A DNA stretch of 64,000 bases from Parcubacteria group bacterium M10-OD1-1 (GTDB taxonomy: Bacteria; Patescibacteriota; Minisyncoccia; Moranbacterales; UBA2206): positions 82,192 to 146,191 of the forward strand of contig LSNL01000006.1 in NCBI GenBank assembly GCA_003056145.1. Direction: 5' to 3'. Under the pieces are notes generated by a model. The model was given only the letters and a program-made list of their open reading frames with translations. It did not search any database and was not told the origin of the DNA. A program made the position numbers and the translations under genes. Below, piece by piece: positions 30,845 through 42,664 of this stretch (positions are counted from its first letter, which is position 1; every line of letters starts with the position of its first letter).

Positions 30845-31531
30845 TTATTTTTCTGAAATTTCTTCTCGCAATTTTCTCAGAATTAAAGCTGCCTCTTCTT
30901 TACCTCCTAAGCCAAAAGCTAATCCACCAGCTAAAGAAAGCATTGCTACAATACCAACAAAAATTGTACTTACCAAAGAGGAAGCAATTCCTAATTGAAT
31001 CATAGCTGCAAAAATACCAAAAATAATGATTGACCATTTAGAGACAGTAGCTAATAAAGTAGCCGACATTATTCCAGCTGCTCTAGTACTCCCTTTGACA
31101 ATTTCATAAACAAAATTACCCACTAAGAAAACTATAGAAAGAATGACAACTGCTACTATTACATTAGGAATATAAAGTAAAATTTTATTTAAGAAAATAG
31201 TTACTTGATCTAATTTTAGAATATCAGCCGACGCCATCAAAAAAACTAAAATTAAAAACCATTTAACTAGTCCACCAAAAAGAGCTGAAACTGTCACCTG
31301 TAACTTTCCATTTTCTAACCTACCATCAAAGCCTATTTTTTGCATCGCACTATCAATGTTAGTAGCTACAATTATTTTTTCAATCAATCTTCCAATAGAT
31401 TTAGCAATAATCCAACCAGCTAAAAAAACTAACAACGCCCCTATAAAAGCCGGCAAAAAATCAACCAATCTTTGTCCCAATCCGATTAGAGACGAAGTAA
31501 TAGCCCTACCCCAAATTTGAATTCCGCTCAT
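30845..31531 (-). CDS. Membrane protein with repeated conserved-TM-helix modules (MscS-associated TM_helix-like)
   Basis: 228 aa and multi-TM. The motif LVDFLPAFIGALLVFLAGWIIAK is repeated in diverged form. Confidence 0.5.
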   Translation of the reverse strand: MSGIQIWGRAITSSLIGLGQRLVDFLPAFIGALLVFLAGWIIAKSIGRLIEKIIVATNIDSAMQKIGFDGRLENGKLQVTVSALFGGLVKWFLILVFLMASADILKLDQVTIFLNKILLYIPNVIVAVVILSIVFLVGNFVYEIVKGSTRAAGIMSATLLATVSKWSIIIFGIFAAMIQLGIASSLVSTIFVGIVAMLSLAGGLAFGLGGKEEAALILRKLREEISEK

Positions 31532-31617
31532 ATGTTATTCACCTCCATTTCTTTTTTATTATTATTTTAAACCAATCTCAATATCTAGTTGACTCTATTT
31601 CTTAATTGGTCTTAGTT

Positions 31618-32196
31618 TTATTGATTTAACATTTTTTTAAATTCCTTATAAATATTTTCTAAAACCAATAGTCCAGGATTACCATTATATGAAATTACAT
31701 TCATCCTCGCAGAAATTAAACCTCTTTTCAAATCTCCCATACTCATATCTCCTCTTCTTATATTATCAAAACTGATATATAAGTTAGTAAGATAGTTGAT
31801 AAACTCTAGACACTTAGGACAGTCTTTGTGTCTCTCTAATAAGTTATTTTGAATATCTATTATTCTCCCAACGTTCAAATAAGCTTTTTTAAAATCATTA
31901 TACAAATCCTTAAATATTTCAGCCTCAATATTACTCTCTCGAGCTAAAATTCCTATTTCCACCTCAATCAAATCGCTCTTACTTTTTTCTACACTTTGAT
32001 TTCTAATTCTTGCTTCGGTAAAAACTTTTTCTAATGTTTTTGCATAATCTAAAAAAGCCAGACATTCTTTTTGATTACTATATTTTTCTTTTATTTTAGC
32101 ATAAGCCAATTCTATTTTTTCTAGTTCTCTATAAACTTCTCGATTTTTTTTATAAGCAACATCGAAACTTTCTTTTTTGTTAAGATCTTTATCCAC
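31618..32196 (-). CDS. Hypothetical protein
   Basis: 192-aa ORF with an ATG start and no recognised motif. Confidence 0.45.
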   Translation of the reverse strand: MDKDLNKKESFDVAYKKNREVYRELEKIELAYAKIKEKYSNQKECLAFLDYAKTLEKVFTEARIRNQSVEKSKSDLIEVEIGILARESNIEAEIFKDLYNDFKKAYLNVGRIIDIQNNLLERHKDCPKCLEFINYLTNLYISFDNIRRGDMSMGDLKRGLISARMNVISYNGNPGLLVLENIYKEFKKMLNQ

Positions 32197-32216
32197 ACTT
32201 TTAATTAGTTAATAAA

Positions 32217-34838
32217 TTATTTAGTTGGTGTATTAGTCTGGCTAGTAGAATTAGAAGGATTGCTGATAACTTTACTTTCTGGATTAGACTGAGGAGAGAT
32301 ATTAACCTTATTGTTAACACTTGGGACAACCGCTGAGTTTTTAGATGTTGATTTCGGAGTAGTCGTTGAAGAAACTATTCCTAAAGTTTCTGGAGTATTT
32401 TTAATGCCTTTATTAATATTATCAATCATCTTTTCAATTTGTTTAATAGTTTTTGATTGCCCATGTCTTTCTTTTAATAAAGCCAAGACTTTATTGTATT
32501 GAATTTTAGCTTGATCTTTTTGCTTATTTTTTTCATAGAAAACACCTAGATAAAAATGTCCATCAATACTATCCCTGTTTAAAGCAACTACCTGTTTATA
32601 AACTTGTTCCGCTACTTTTACATCATTGTTTTTATTTCTTTCTTGATACATTCTTCCTAGAGTCAGAAGGTAGGCTGTATTTCTTGGGTTAATATTGACA
32701 GCTTTTAACTCACTTTCAATTGCTTGATCTAATTGATTTAAAGCTTCATCAGCTAATGCTAGTTGATGATGTCCAATAGCATAATTACTTTTTTCATCCA
32801 CTGACTTTTGAAATAAATCTCTTGCTTCAGTAATTAATTGTTTCTTAACTTTTTTATCTTTCTTTTGTTTTGCCATTGCTACTTTTATTTGTCCTAATTT
32901 TAAATCATAGATTGGATTATGAGGTTCTAATTTCTGAGCTTTTTTATAATTATCCTCTGCTAGTTTCAAAGAATTAGGCACATACAAGCCAGAGTTTTCA
33001 TAAACTAAAGCTAGAGCTTCAACGCTAGCTACGCTATTCTCAGACATTTTTTTGGCTTGTGTAGTAGCAGCAATAGAATTATTTAAGTCTTGTCTAATTT
33101 TATTAATGTCTTGTTTTCCTTTACTTTTCATCGCTTCTTTATTAGCCAAAGACATATAAAGTTGACCGGCTTGATTGTAATAAGTAGATTCTCTTGGGTT
33201 TAATTTAACAGCTTTACTTAAATAGCGTAAAGCTTTAGGCATACTCGTATTCACTACTCTGATAGCTTTACCAGAATAAATATCTGCAGCATAAACTTTA
33301 CCAAAGAAAACAAATAAGAATGCTACTCCAGCACTAATTACCATAAATATAAAAGCTAAGGCTAAAGCAAATTTTGGTGAAGCTTTTAATGAAAGATTAA
33401 TATTATTTTCTTCACTGCTAGATTCAAAGAAGATTACCGCCAAAGATAAGGCCGAAAAAATAACTGTCAACAAAATAATTAATCCATCTACTCTAGCTAT
33501 TAAGACATCCGTCAAAAGAATAGCGACGGCCGAAAAAATTCCTAAAGAATACAATTTATTTTTATCTTTATTTTTATAAAGCAAATACATTTGAGAGCCA
33601 ATAAAAATCAAAACTAAAATTACCAAGAAGAAAGTTCCTATGACTCCAATAGTTGGTATAGCTTCAGCTAAAAGTCCTGTTCCTTGAGAAAAACGCAAAT
33701 TATAGAAAGCATTTAAATTAAAATTTTTCGGTTTATGCAACGAAAAATCATAACCATAAGTAGCTGGCCCTGAGCCGACAAAGAAATTATTCTTAACGCT
33801 AGCCAGAGCAACATCAGTAGAAGTTTTATAATTCAAACTAACTTCTACTGGCAAATTCACCTTTACAATAGAAACTACTCCAATCATTCTCAAAATCATG
33901 GCTACCACAAACACAGACATCGGAAGCCAAGTCCATTTTAAGTTAGGACGCACAATTTGTGCCAAGATAAAAATCAAAAAGATAACAATGCCAATAAAAA
34001 ATCCTAACCAAGGAATATAATTATACAAAGCTAAAATTAAAAAGAAATCCAAAGACAAAAGCATTAAAAGTAAAACCTCCAGAATTCTTTTCCAAACTTT
34101 TTTAATTGTTTTTGAATCAGCTATTTTCAGAATAGTTACCGTAATTATTGGTATTAAAATACTAAAGATAGCTCCTAAGCTACTAATTGTTCCCGTCAAA
34201 CTCATAGGAGCAAAGCGAGCAATATCAGCTGATAAAAACTTTACTCCAAAAATCATCAAAGTTGTCCAAATGGAAAGTATCGCTCCAGAAGTAATAATAG
34301 CTGTTAATATTAACCTTAATCTTTTTGTGCTAAAATTACTTAAAATAAAATAGTAAACTACTAAATAGGCTGTCACACTTAAAAGTCCTCTCGATGGATC
34401 ACCAAAGCTTCCCCAAAAACTATGCCATTTATCAACGGAAAAAATTGTCGCTATTACATAAGTCAACCAAAATCCAACCAATGGCCAATCTAACGGAGTT
34501 CTTCTAATTTTCATTTCTCCTGTTACTACTCCTTTAGCTGCCCAAATAGCTAGACCTAGCAAAAGCCAAAAATAAAAATACATTTGCTTTTCAAAAACTA
34601 TCCCTTGTGAAGCTAAGCCAGTAAAATAAAGAGGAACGCCAAAAAACAACATAAAAATTGAAAGTCCGATCAATTTATCAAACATTCTAACGATAAATTT
34701 ACTATCTTTTTTGTTAGCTACTTCTTCTTTTAGCGATTTTGTAGGATTATATTGTTCTACTATTTTATTTCTTCCAGAAGCAAAATTTCTCTCCGGAGAA
34801 ACACTTTTTAAATCAACATTTATTGATTGCCTTTCCAT
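32217..34838 (-). CDS. O-antigen ligase-like (Wzy_C) polytopic membrane protein fused to C-terminal TPR repeats and an S/T/P/N-rich tail
   Basis: About 12 TM segments, with a periplasmic loop GSGPATYGYDFSLHKPKNF...LLAEAIPTIGVIGTFFL resembling the Wzy_C signature. The C-terminal half has TPR-like repeats (YYNQAGQLY, ALVYENSGLY, YLGVFYEKNKQ). The tail ends SNPSNSTSQTNTPTK. Confidence 0.55.
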   Translation of the reverse strand: MERQSINVDLKSVSPERNFASGRNKIVEQYNPTKSLKEEVANKKDSKFIVRMFDKLIGLSIFMLFFGVPLYFTGLASQGIVFEKQMYFYFWLLLGLAIWAAKGVVTGEMKIRRTPLDWPLVGFWLTYVIATIFSVDKWHSFWGSFGDPSRGLLSVTAYLVVYYFILSNFSTKRLRLILTAIITSGAILSIWTTLMIFGVKFLSADIARFAPMSLTGTISSLGAIFSILIPIITVTILKIADSKTIKKVWKRILEVLLLMLLSLDFFLILALYNYIPWLGFFIGIVIFLIFILAQIVRPNLKWTWLPMSVFVVAMILRMIGVVSIVKVNLPVEVSLNYKTSTDVALASVKNNFFVGSGPATYGYDFSLHKPKNFNLNAFYNLRFSQGTGLLAEAIPTIGVIGTFFLVILVLIFIGSQMYLLYKNKDKNKLYSLGIFSAVAILLTDVLIARVDGLIILLTVIFSALSLAVIFFESSSEENNINLSLKASPKFALALAFIFMVISAGVAFLFVFFGKVYAADIYSGKAIRVVNTSMPKALRYLSKAVKLNPRESTYYNQAGQLYMSLANKEAMKSKGKQDINKIRQDLNNSIAATTQAKKMSENSVASVEALALVYENSGLYVPNSLKLAEDNYKKAQKLEPHNPIYDLKLGQIKVAMAKQKKDKKVKKQLITEARDLFQKSVDEKSNYAIGHHQLALADEALNQLDQAIESELKAVNINPRNTAYLLTLGRMYQERNKNNDVKVAEQVYKQVVALNRDSIDGHFYLGVFYEKNKQKDQAKIQYNKVLALLKERHGQSKTIKQIEKMIDNINKGIKNTPETLGIVSSTTTPKSTSKNSAVVPSVNNKVNISPQSNPESKVISNPSNSTSQTNTPTK

Positions 34839-35031
34839 ATTTTTTAAGTCTTAGGTAAATTATTATTTTTTTATTTTAAAAATATTTTATATATTCATTA
34901 TATAAAAAAACCTGTCTGAATGCAATACCTAGTTTTATTTTTCAAAATTCATTCATCTTATTTTAATAGTGATTGTCGTTCTAGCTAAAAAACTTAATAT
35001 TTTGTCCATTTCAAATATCTAGAATTCCCGC

Positions 35032-38000
35032 CTACTTTATTGGTATAGCTGTTTGAATAACCAAAGTATGGTCAATTGAAGTAGTTGAGTTACCAACTGA
35101 ATCATGAGCTATTATACGAAAATGATAAATCTTTCCAGCAGTTAAATTAGAAATTGTCATCTTATGAAATGTCTCAAATTGATTGCTTTTTTCTGTTTTA
35201 TTTTTATAACTAGTATCTAAACCATATTCTATTTGAGAAGTAGTTTTTTTATTAACTGTCGCCCAACTTACTTCCGCCGTATCACTAGAGGTGTTTACTG
35301 TAACCATTGAAATTGTTGGCGAAACAGAGCTCTCATCTCTTTCTATAATCCACCAATCAAAATGTAAACGCTGAGTTGCTTTCTGACTAATATTAATCTT
35401 AAATCCACTATATTTGCCACTAGCATCTTTGATTTTTTCTACCCAGCTATAAGCATCTGGGTTGGATTGGAAGTTAGTTAAAATCACACTAGTTCTAGTT
35501 ACTGCAGTAGTTTTTACTAAATAGCTTTTTTCACCTTTTGCAATATAGTTACTGCCGATGGTTCTGCTTTTCTTATTTACTACTTTAACTGTAAATGCTC
35601 CAGCTACTATTCCATTAGCCTCTAGTTTACCTTGCCCCAAATCTAAATTACCTAAAGAATCTTTGTAAATAAGTTTCTTCACATCTAAGGCACTAGCAAA
35701 GTCTATCACCGCTTGATTTTGAGTAGCCAAGTCTTTCATTTGAGTTTCTAGATCAGCTATCTTTTTAGTTTGACTAGTTTGATCAGTTTGTAAATCAGTT
35801 ATTTGATTCTTTAAATCAGCTAAAGTAATCGGAGTCTTAGTTAGAGTATCGTTAGGAGTAGCTAAGTTAGCAAAGTCTCCTCCTGAAATAATATTCAAAT
35901 AGTTTTTGATTGCAGTTAAGGTATCAGCTTGAGTAGCTATTTGTTTGTTTAGGTTAGCTTGAGCTTCGGCTACAATATTAGCTACTTGAGTTTTAACATT
36001 CATTTTAGCAATATTCTGAGTAACAGTTTCTTCTACTTTTTCTACCGTTAGAGATTTGTTTTTTCTAGCAATCATTACTTGGATAGTTCCTTGAACTTGG
36101 TCAAACTTTTCTAAGGCGATACCTACTGTAGAATCTCCTGGATTAGCTTTCATTAAATAACCAGGAGTAGTGGCTGAAGTTAGACTATCTCCAATATTGA
36201 TAATTCCGTTTTCATTAGAAACATTAGCTGGGATTTGTCCTAACATACCAATAATCTTGTAATGAGGGTTCTTAGTTTTATCTTTTCCACTGTTACCAAC
36301 AACAGAAGGATTGGAAGAGACTATACCCATTACATTAGGGTCTTCTGAGCTTTGGCATCTTTTGACTGCGTTAGGTTGAGTTGTATCAACACAAACTGCT
36401 TCTCCTGGTTGAAGATTAGTGTCTTGAGTGAAGAAATATTCAGCGTAATCAGCTCCTTGGACAGTAGTATTGATAGCGTAGATAGTTCCAGCTACATTTC
36501 CTGCACAATCAGCATCAGAAGAATTAACACAAAGAGCTCCGACTATTTTTAATTTGGTATCGGGTGTAGCATCACCAATCCCTAGATTACCTCCTAGTAT
36601 CCAACTATTACTAGCAGAAGCTAGTTTGGTTGCATAGGCAGAAGTTACAGTTGGAGGAGTTGCTGCTGTAAAGGTAAGACTTCCATCATCCGCTAGTGAT
36701 ACAGCGGTTGTTTCATAATATTCAGTTTCTGTGGCAGCTACTGTTCCTCTCCATACTCGATAATTAGTAGCCCCAGTTACAGCTGTCCAAGCAACAGTAA
36801 TAGTTCCGTTAGTTGTTCCACCGTCTACTGTTCCTGATACTTCACTTGATACATTGGTCCAAGCTACTCCATCATAAGCTGATACTTTGTAGTAGTAAGT
36901 TCCACTTAATGTTCCTGTTGCTCCTAGTGTTGCTGTTACTCCTGTTGGAGTTGTCATCTCTGTAACAAAGTTAGAACCTGAAGATAGAGCTAGTTTTTCT
37001 TGAGGAGTGGTGGTGCCTAAACCTAACCGATTATTAGTATTATCCCAAAAGAAGTTAGAATTGTTTTGACTATAGATTCCAGAAGCTCCAGCAAAGATGA
37101 TAGAACCTTGAGTAAAGAGTGTATTAGTTCCAGTTCCACCATTAGCAGGAGTTAGTGCATTGGATAAAGTCAATCCAGCAAAGGTTGGACTACTAGTGGT
37201 AGCAATGTCTTGAGGTAAAGAAAGAGTTATTGCTCCAGTTGAAGCACTAGCAATTACTTGATTGGTTGTTCCAGCTAAACTAGTTACTCCAGTATTAGCA
37301 ATAGTAATTGAACCAGCACCGTTGGTAACAGAAACTCCTGTTCCAGCGGTTAGAGTTGCTAGCGAATAGCCCGTACCGTTGCCGATTAGTAAAGCTCCGT
37401 TAGCAGCGGTTGTTCCAGCAAGTCCAGTACCTCCGCGGGAAACATTGAGGTATTGTTCTGATCCTAAAGTACTAGTCCCAGTCCAATAAGTTACATAGTC
37501 AGTTGTTCCAGTTCCAGAAACTCCTCCGACTCCAGCTACGGCTTGCCAAGAAAGAGTGCCTGTTCCGTCATTAGCTAAAACATAGTTACTACCTCCCGCT
37601 TGAGCAGTTGGTAAAGTGTAAGTGACATCGGCTACTTGAGCTCCTCCTTGGAGAATAGTGTGATAAGTAGCGGAAGAATCTTGTAAAGCTAAAGTTCCAT
37701 TAATAGTAGTATTACCAGTTGTGATTCCAGCAAAGGTTGGACTACTAGTGGTTAATAGGCTTTGATTTAAACTAGCACTTCCAGTTAAAGTTAACGTGTT
37801 TCCTCCTCCGTTAATGGTTACGTTTCCTCCCGTAATGGTTAATGTTCTAGCGGTAGTTCCGCCAGAGATATTAAAGCCATCGGTAGCACTAGCTAAAGTT
37901 AAACCGTTAACCGTCGTAAAGGTTGGAGTTAGGGAAGTGGCCAGAGAAATGCTCCCTGCTCCGTTCGTGATAACTAAATTAGAACCAGCGGTTAGAGTTG

Positions 38001-39066
38001 CTAGCGAATAGCCCGTACCGTTGCCGATTAGTAAAGCTCCGTTAGCAGCGGTTGTTCCAGCAAGTCCAGTACCTCCGCGGGAAACATTGAGGTATTGTTC
38101 TGATCCTAAAGTACTAGTCCCAGTCCAATAAGTTACATAGTCAGTTGAGCCTGAGCCACTAATTGCTCCCGCTGCTCCCCAATCAGTGATACAATTCGTT
38201 TCATTTCCAAGACAAATTCCAGAAAATTCACCATATCCATCTGTTACATTTGATCCTATAGTAGAAATTCCTCCAGTTAAATACAAATTATTGAATGTCG
38301 GCGAAGAAGAAGTTGAAAGATTTTGATTTAGTATAGCATCACCAGTAAGTGATAGTGTGTTTCCACCTCTAGATATTGAAAATCCATTCGAATTAGAAAT
38401 AAGGGTAAGACCATTATAGGTTTTTCCCGTCAATGCTTTGACGATATAGTTAGAATCAATTTGATCTCCTTGCCATGTTCCCACGGAAACATTTCCCAAT
38501 TTTGTAATTGTTGGAATTTGTTTAGATTCTATTTTTCCTCCTTTTCCAAGAATGAGCAAATTCCCCGATTTATTTCCTGGCACTATTCCTTGAACGCTTT
38601 GAGAATTATTAGCCGTAAAAGAACTGAGAGCCAAAGGAACTGCTCCTATTCTTTTTCTTGGCACCATTTCAGCATCCGTTCCAATTCTTATGCCCAAATA
38701 ATATTGTCCTTGACTAAAGTTTAAGCTAGTTGGAAGAGGAACTACTGAGCCTAGGTACGATTCTAAAATTCCATTTTCAATATTAATTTTTTTTGTTTCT
38801 TCCCAAACTTTTGAATCAGTATCTGATGGATAAAGATCAGTTGTTGTCCTATTAATTCTATAAATAGCCAGACGAACATTATACTCACCATTAGCAATCT
38901 GCTTATTTTCATTGTTAATAATATAAGCTGTCACATCCAACTGTCTTGGATTTTGTTTATTAACTACTTGAGCTGAAGAAGTATTAAAAAACAAAGCAAA
39001 ACCTTCTATAGCAATAACTGCAACAGTCAGAGAAAGTATAATTGTATTTTTTAAATTTATTTTCAT
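35032..39066 (-). CDS. Giant secreted/surface repeat protein (about 1344 aa) with Gly/Thr/Ser-rich beta-repeat modules, a coiled-coil segment and FN3-like C-terminal domain
   Basis: Signal-peptide-like MKINLKNTIILSLTVAVIAIEGFALFF from the ATG at 39064-39066; an upstream ATG at 39114 is an alternative start. There are tail-fibre/adhesin-like G/T/S/N repeats and an internal 54-aa exact duplication. A coiled coil DLKNQITDLQTDQTSQTKKIADLETQMKDL is present. A C-terminal FN3-like domain has AEVSW...IEYG...YHFRIIAHDSVGN. Confidence 0.6.
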   Translation of the reverse strand: MKINLKNTIILSLTVAVIAIEGFALFFNTSSAQVVNKQNPRQLDVTAYIINNENKQIANGEYNVRLAIYRINRTTTDLYPSDTDSKVWEETKKINIENGILESYLGSVVPLPTSLNFSQGQYYLGIRIGTDAEMVPRKRIGAVPLALSSFTANNSQSVQGIVPGNKSGNLLILGKGGKIESKQIPTITKLGNVSVGTWQGDQIDSNYIVKALTGKTYNGLTLISNSNGFSISRGGNTLSLTGDAILNQNLSTSSSPTFNNLYLTGGISTIGSNVTDGYGEFSGICLGNETNCITDWGAAGAISGSGSTDYVTYWTGTSTLGSEQYLNVSRGGTGLAGTTAANGALLIGNGTGYSLATLTAGSNLVITNGAGSISLATSLTPTFTTVNGLTLASATDGFNISGGTTARTLTITGGNVTINGGGNTLTLTGSASLNQSLLTTSSPTFAGITTGNTTINGTLALQDSSATYHTILQGGAQVADVTYTLPTAQAGGSNYVLANDGTGTLSWQAVAGVGGVSGTGTTDYVTYWTGTSTLGSEQYLNVSRGGTGLAGTTAANGALLIGNGTGYSLATLTAGTGVSVTNGAGSITIANTGVTSLAGTTNQVIASASTGAITLSLPQDIATTSSPTFAGLTLSNALTPANGGTGTNTLFTQGSIIFAGASGIYSQNNSNFFWDNTNNRLGLGTTTPQEKLALSSGSNFVTEMTTPTGVTATLGATGTLSGTYYYKVSAYDGVAWTNVSSEVSGTVDGGTTNGTITVAWTAVTGATNYRVWRGTVAATETEYYETTAVSLADDGSLTFTAATPPTVTSAYATKLASASNSWILGGNLGIGDATPDTKLKIVGALCVNSSDADCAGNVAGTIYAINTTVQGADYAEYFFTQDTNLQPGEAVCVDTTQPNAVKRCQSSEDPNVMGIVSSNPSVVGNSGKDKTKNPHYKIIGMLGQIPANVSNENGIINIGDSLTSATTPGYLMKANPGDSTVGIALEKFDQVQGTIQVMIARKNKSLTVEKVEETVTQNIAKMNVKTQVANIVAEAQANLNKQIATQADTLTAIKNYLNIISGGDFANLATPNDTLTKTPITLADLKNQITDLQTDQTSQTKKIADLETQMKDLATQNQAVIDFASALDVKKLIYKDSLGNLDLGQGKLEANGIVAGAFTVKVVNKKSRTIGSNYIAKGEKSYLVKTTAVTRTSVILTNFQSNPDAYSWVEKIKDASGKYSGFKINISQKATQRLHFDWWIIERDESSVSPTISMVTVNTSSDTAEVSWATVNKKTTSQIEYGLDTSYKNKTEKSNQFETFHKMTISNLTAGKIYHFRIIAHDSVGNSTTSIDHTLVIQTAIPIK
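37343..38147. repeat. Two 100%-identical 163-bp direct repeats (37343-37505 and 37985-38147) inside the giant gene, offset by 642 bp (in frame)
   Basis: Read directly from the sequence: ccagcggttagagttgctagcgaatagcccgtaccgttgccgattagtaaagctccgttagcagcggttgttccagcaagtccagtacctccgcgggaaacattgaggtattgttctgatcctaaagtactagtcccagtccaataagttacatagtcagttg occurs twice. Confidence 0.85.
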
Positions 39067-39073
39067 CAGTACT

Positions 39074-40144
39074 TTATTTTTTAAATGCCCAACCAAAAAC
39101 ATCTCCCATCGCATTAGAAATTAAATCAAAAACGGAAACCGGACTAGAAGCAGTATAAATTCCGAAATGGCTAGAACTTATTTCATTAGCCCAGTGATCT
39201 TGACATTTGATTTGATAGATATAAGAAGTTCTAGGTGCTAAGCCTGAAAGAATGACACTATGAATAAAGCCATAAGAATTTTCAGCTACTACCTTTGGAT
39301 TTTGACCACCACTTTTAGAATAGCTTAACTTAGAAATAGCTAATTTATTAGTTCTCCATGAAATCACTAATTTTACTTCATTTTTTTTATTAGCAACAAA
39401 AGATTCCGATCTGATATTAGAAATTTTCAAAGGAATATTTTCTTGATTTTGTAAAACTAAAATATTACCTCCAACATTTACATTTACCGCTTTATAATTT
39501 TTACTAGCTAAAATGATTTTTTTGGTTTGAGACTTATTTTGCGTACTAACTCCAGCCACCCTTCCAACTGGATTATTTTCATTAATAATTCTAGAAGTAA
39601 TATTTTTATTCTGAGAATAAATTTTTAATACATTAAATTTTTGCGAAGAGTTCTTAATAAAATCTTTAAAAATATAAGTACCTATAAAAAGTAAAGGGAG
39701 AATAATAACAATTAGAGAAAATGTTTTAAAAATTCTTCTCCAATTATTCGTTAAGACAATTTCTTGCTCATCAATATTTAATTCTAATTTTTGAACCTTT
39801 TTGAAAACTTCCTTTTTATTTTCTTCTTTATTGAAATTTTCTTTATTATATTCGACAGATGATTCGGTCAATATTTCTTGTTCTATAGCTTTAAAGCTCA
39901 AATCAGAAACCTTCTTTTTCTCTAGTTTTAGCAATTTTTTATTATCAGCCACTTTAACTAAAAAATCATCTAGCCAGATTTTTTTAGTATACCAATTTCT
40001 GCCAATTTTCTCTGCTTTAAGTTTTCCTTGACGAGAAAGCAAATTTAAATATTCGGGCGTGTACCCGGTTAGTTTAGTAGCTTCTGAAAGAGGTATAAAT
40101 TTAGTTGCAGTGAGCTCTGTTTTTATTGAGCTTTTCCCTTCCAT
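39074..40144 (-). CDS. Membrane-anchored protein with N-terminal excisionase/MerR-type HTH, single TM and extracytoplasmic FN3-like domain
   Basis: N-terminus LSEATKLTGYTPEYLNLLSRQGKLKAEKIGRNWYTKK matches the HTH_17 pattern (L...A..LGVS..T.Y.L...G.LPA.KIGR.WR). A TM helix FKTFSLIVIILPLLFIGTYIF follows. The C-terminus has a beta-sandwich pattern LVISWRT...YIYQIKCQD. The ATG start is at 40142-40144 (the 40156 start in the track is a TTG). The 3' end overlaps or abuts the start of the giant gene. Confidence 0.55.
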   Translation of the reverse strand: MEGKSSIKTELTATKFIPLSEATKLTGYTPEYLNLLSRQGKLKAEKIGRNWYTKKIWLDDFLVKVADNKKLLKLEKKKVSDLSFKAIEQEILTESSVEYNKENFNKEENKKEVFKKVQKLELNIDEQEIVLTNNWRRIFKTFSLIVIILPLLFIGTYIFKDFIKNSSQKFNVLKIYSQNKNITSRIINENNPVGRVAGVSTQNKSQTKKIILASKNYKAVNVNVGGNILVLQNQENIPLKISNIRSESFVANKKNEVKLVISWRTNKLAISKLSYSKSGGQNPKVVAENSYGFIHSVILSGLAPRTSYIYQIKCQDHWANEISSSHFGIYTASSPVSVFDLISNAMGDVFGWAFKK

Positions 40145-40532
40145 CTTTGATATCAAATATATATTGTTTTATCCTTTAAATTATAACTTTTTTTATCATT
40201 TATCGCAAGAACAAAATCAAAAGTTATCCACAGTTTTTAGCTAAAAAATAAACAATAAAATAATCTTTTCTTTCGTATCTTTTTTTAAAAAAATTACTTC
40301 ATTTTTAATTATTTATTTCGTTTTTAATCAAATATTTTACTACTTACTGGAAAAACTATTTTAAGTTTTTTGGAACTTAAAATAAAAGCCTTTTTTAAAG
40401 CCATTCCCTATTACATTTGATATCAAACATAGGCTTGTTTAAAGTCTTTTTTAGATTGAATTAAAACAAAATAAAAACCTGAGAAAATTTCAAGTTTTTA
40501 TTTTTCTTATTTAATTGGACTAAAAAATATTT

Positions 40533-42563
<2,031 letters not shown>

Positions 42564-42590
42564 TTACTGAATAATTAAAATTTTTGCTGA

Positions 42591-42614
42591 GTTAGTTAGT
42601 TAGTTAGTTAGTTA
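42591..42614. repeat. Tetranucleotide microsatellite (GTTA)6
   Basis: gttagttagttagttagttagtta, lying 43-66 bp upstream of the gyrB start codon and downstream of the 123-aa membrane-protein gene. Confidence 0.9.
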
Positions 42615-42664
42615 AGCTCCTGAAATTTTTCTTTAGATATTCTAATTACCTAATAAATTACTTG

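Noticed and set aside
35032-39066. Diversity-generating retroelement (DGR) target hypothesis for the giant repeat protein
   Set aside because: The two repeats are 100% identical, not adenine-specific variants, so they are not a TR/VR pair. No reverse transcriptase or accessory gene is present anywhere in the window.
42591-42614. Possible CRISPR or mobile-element repeat at the GTTA array
   Set aside because: It is a simple tetranucleotide microsatellite with no spacers. No cas genes, transposases or integrases occur in the window.
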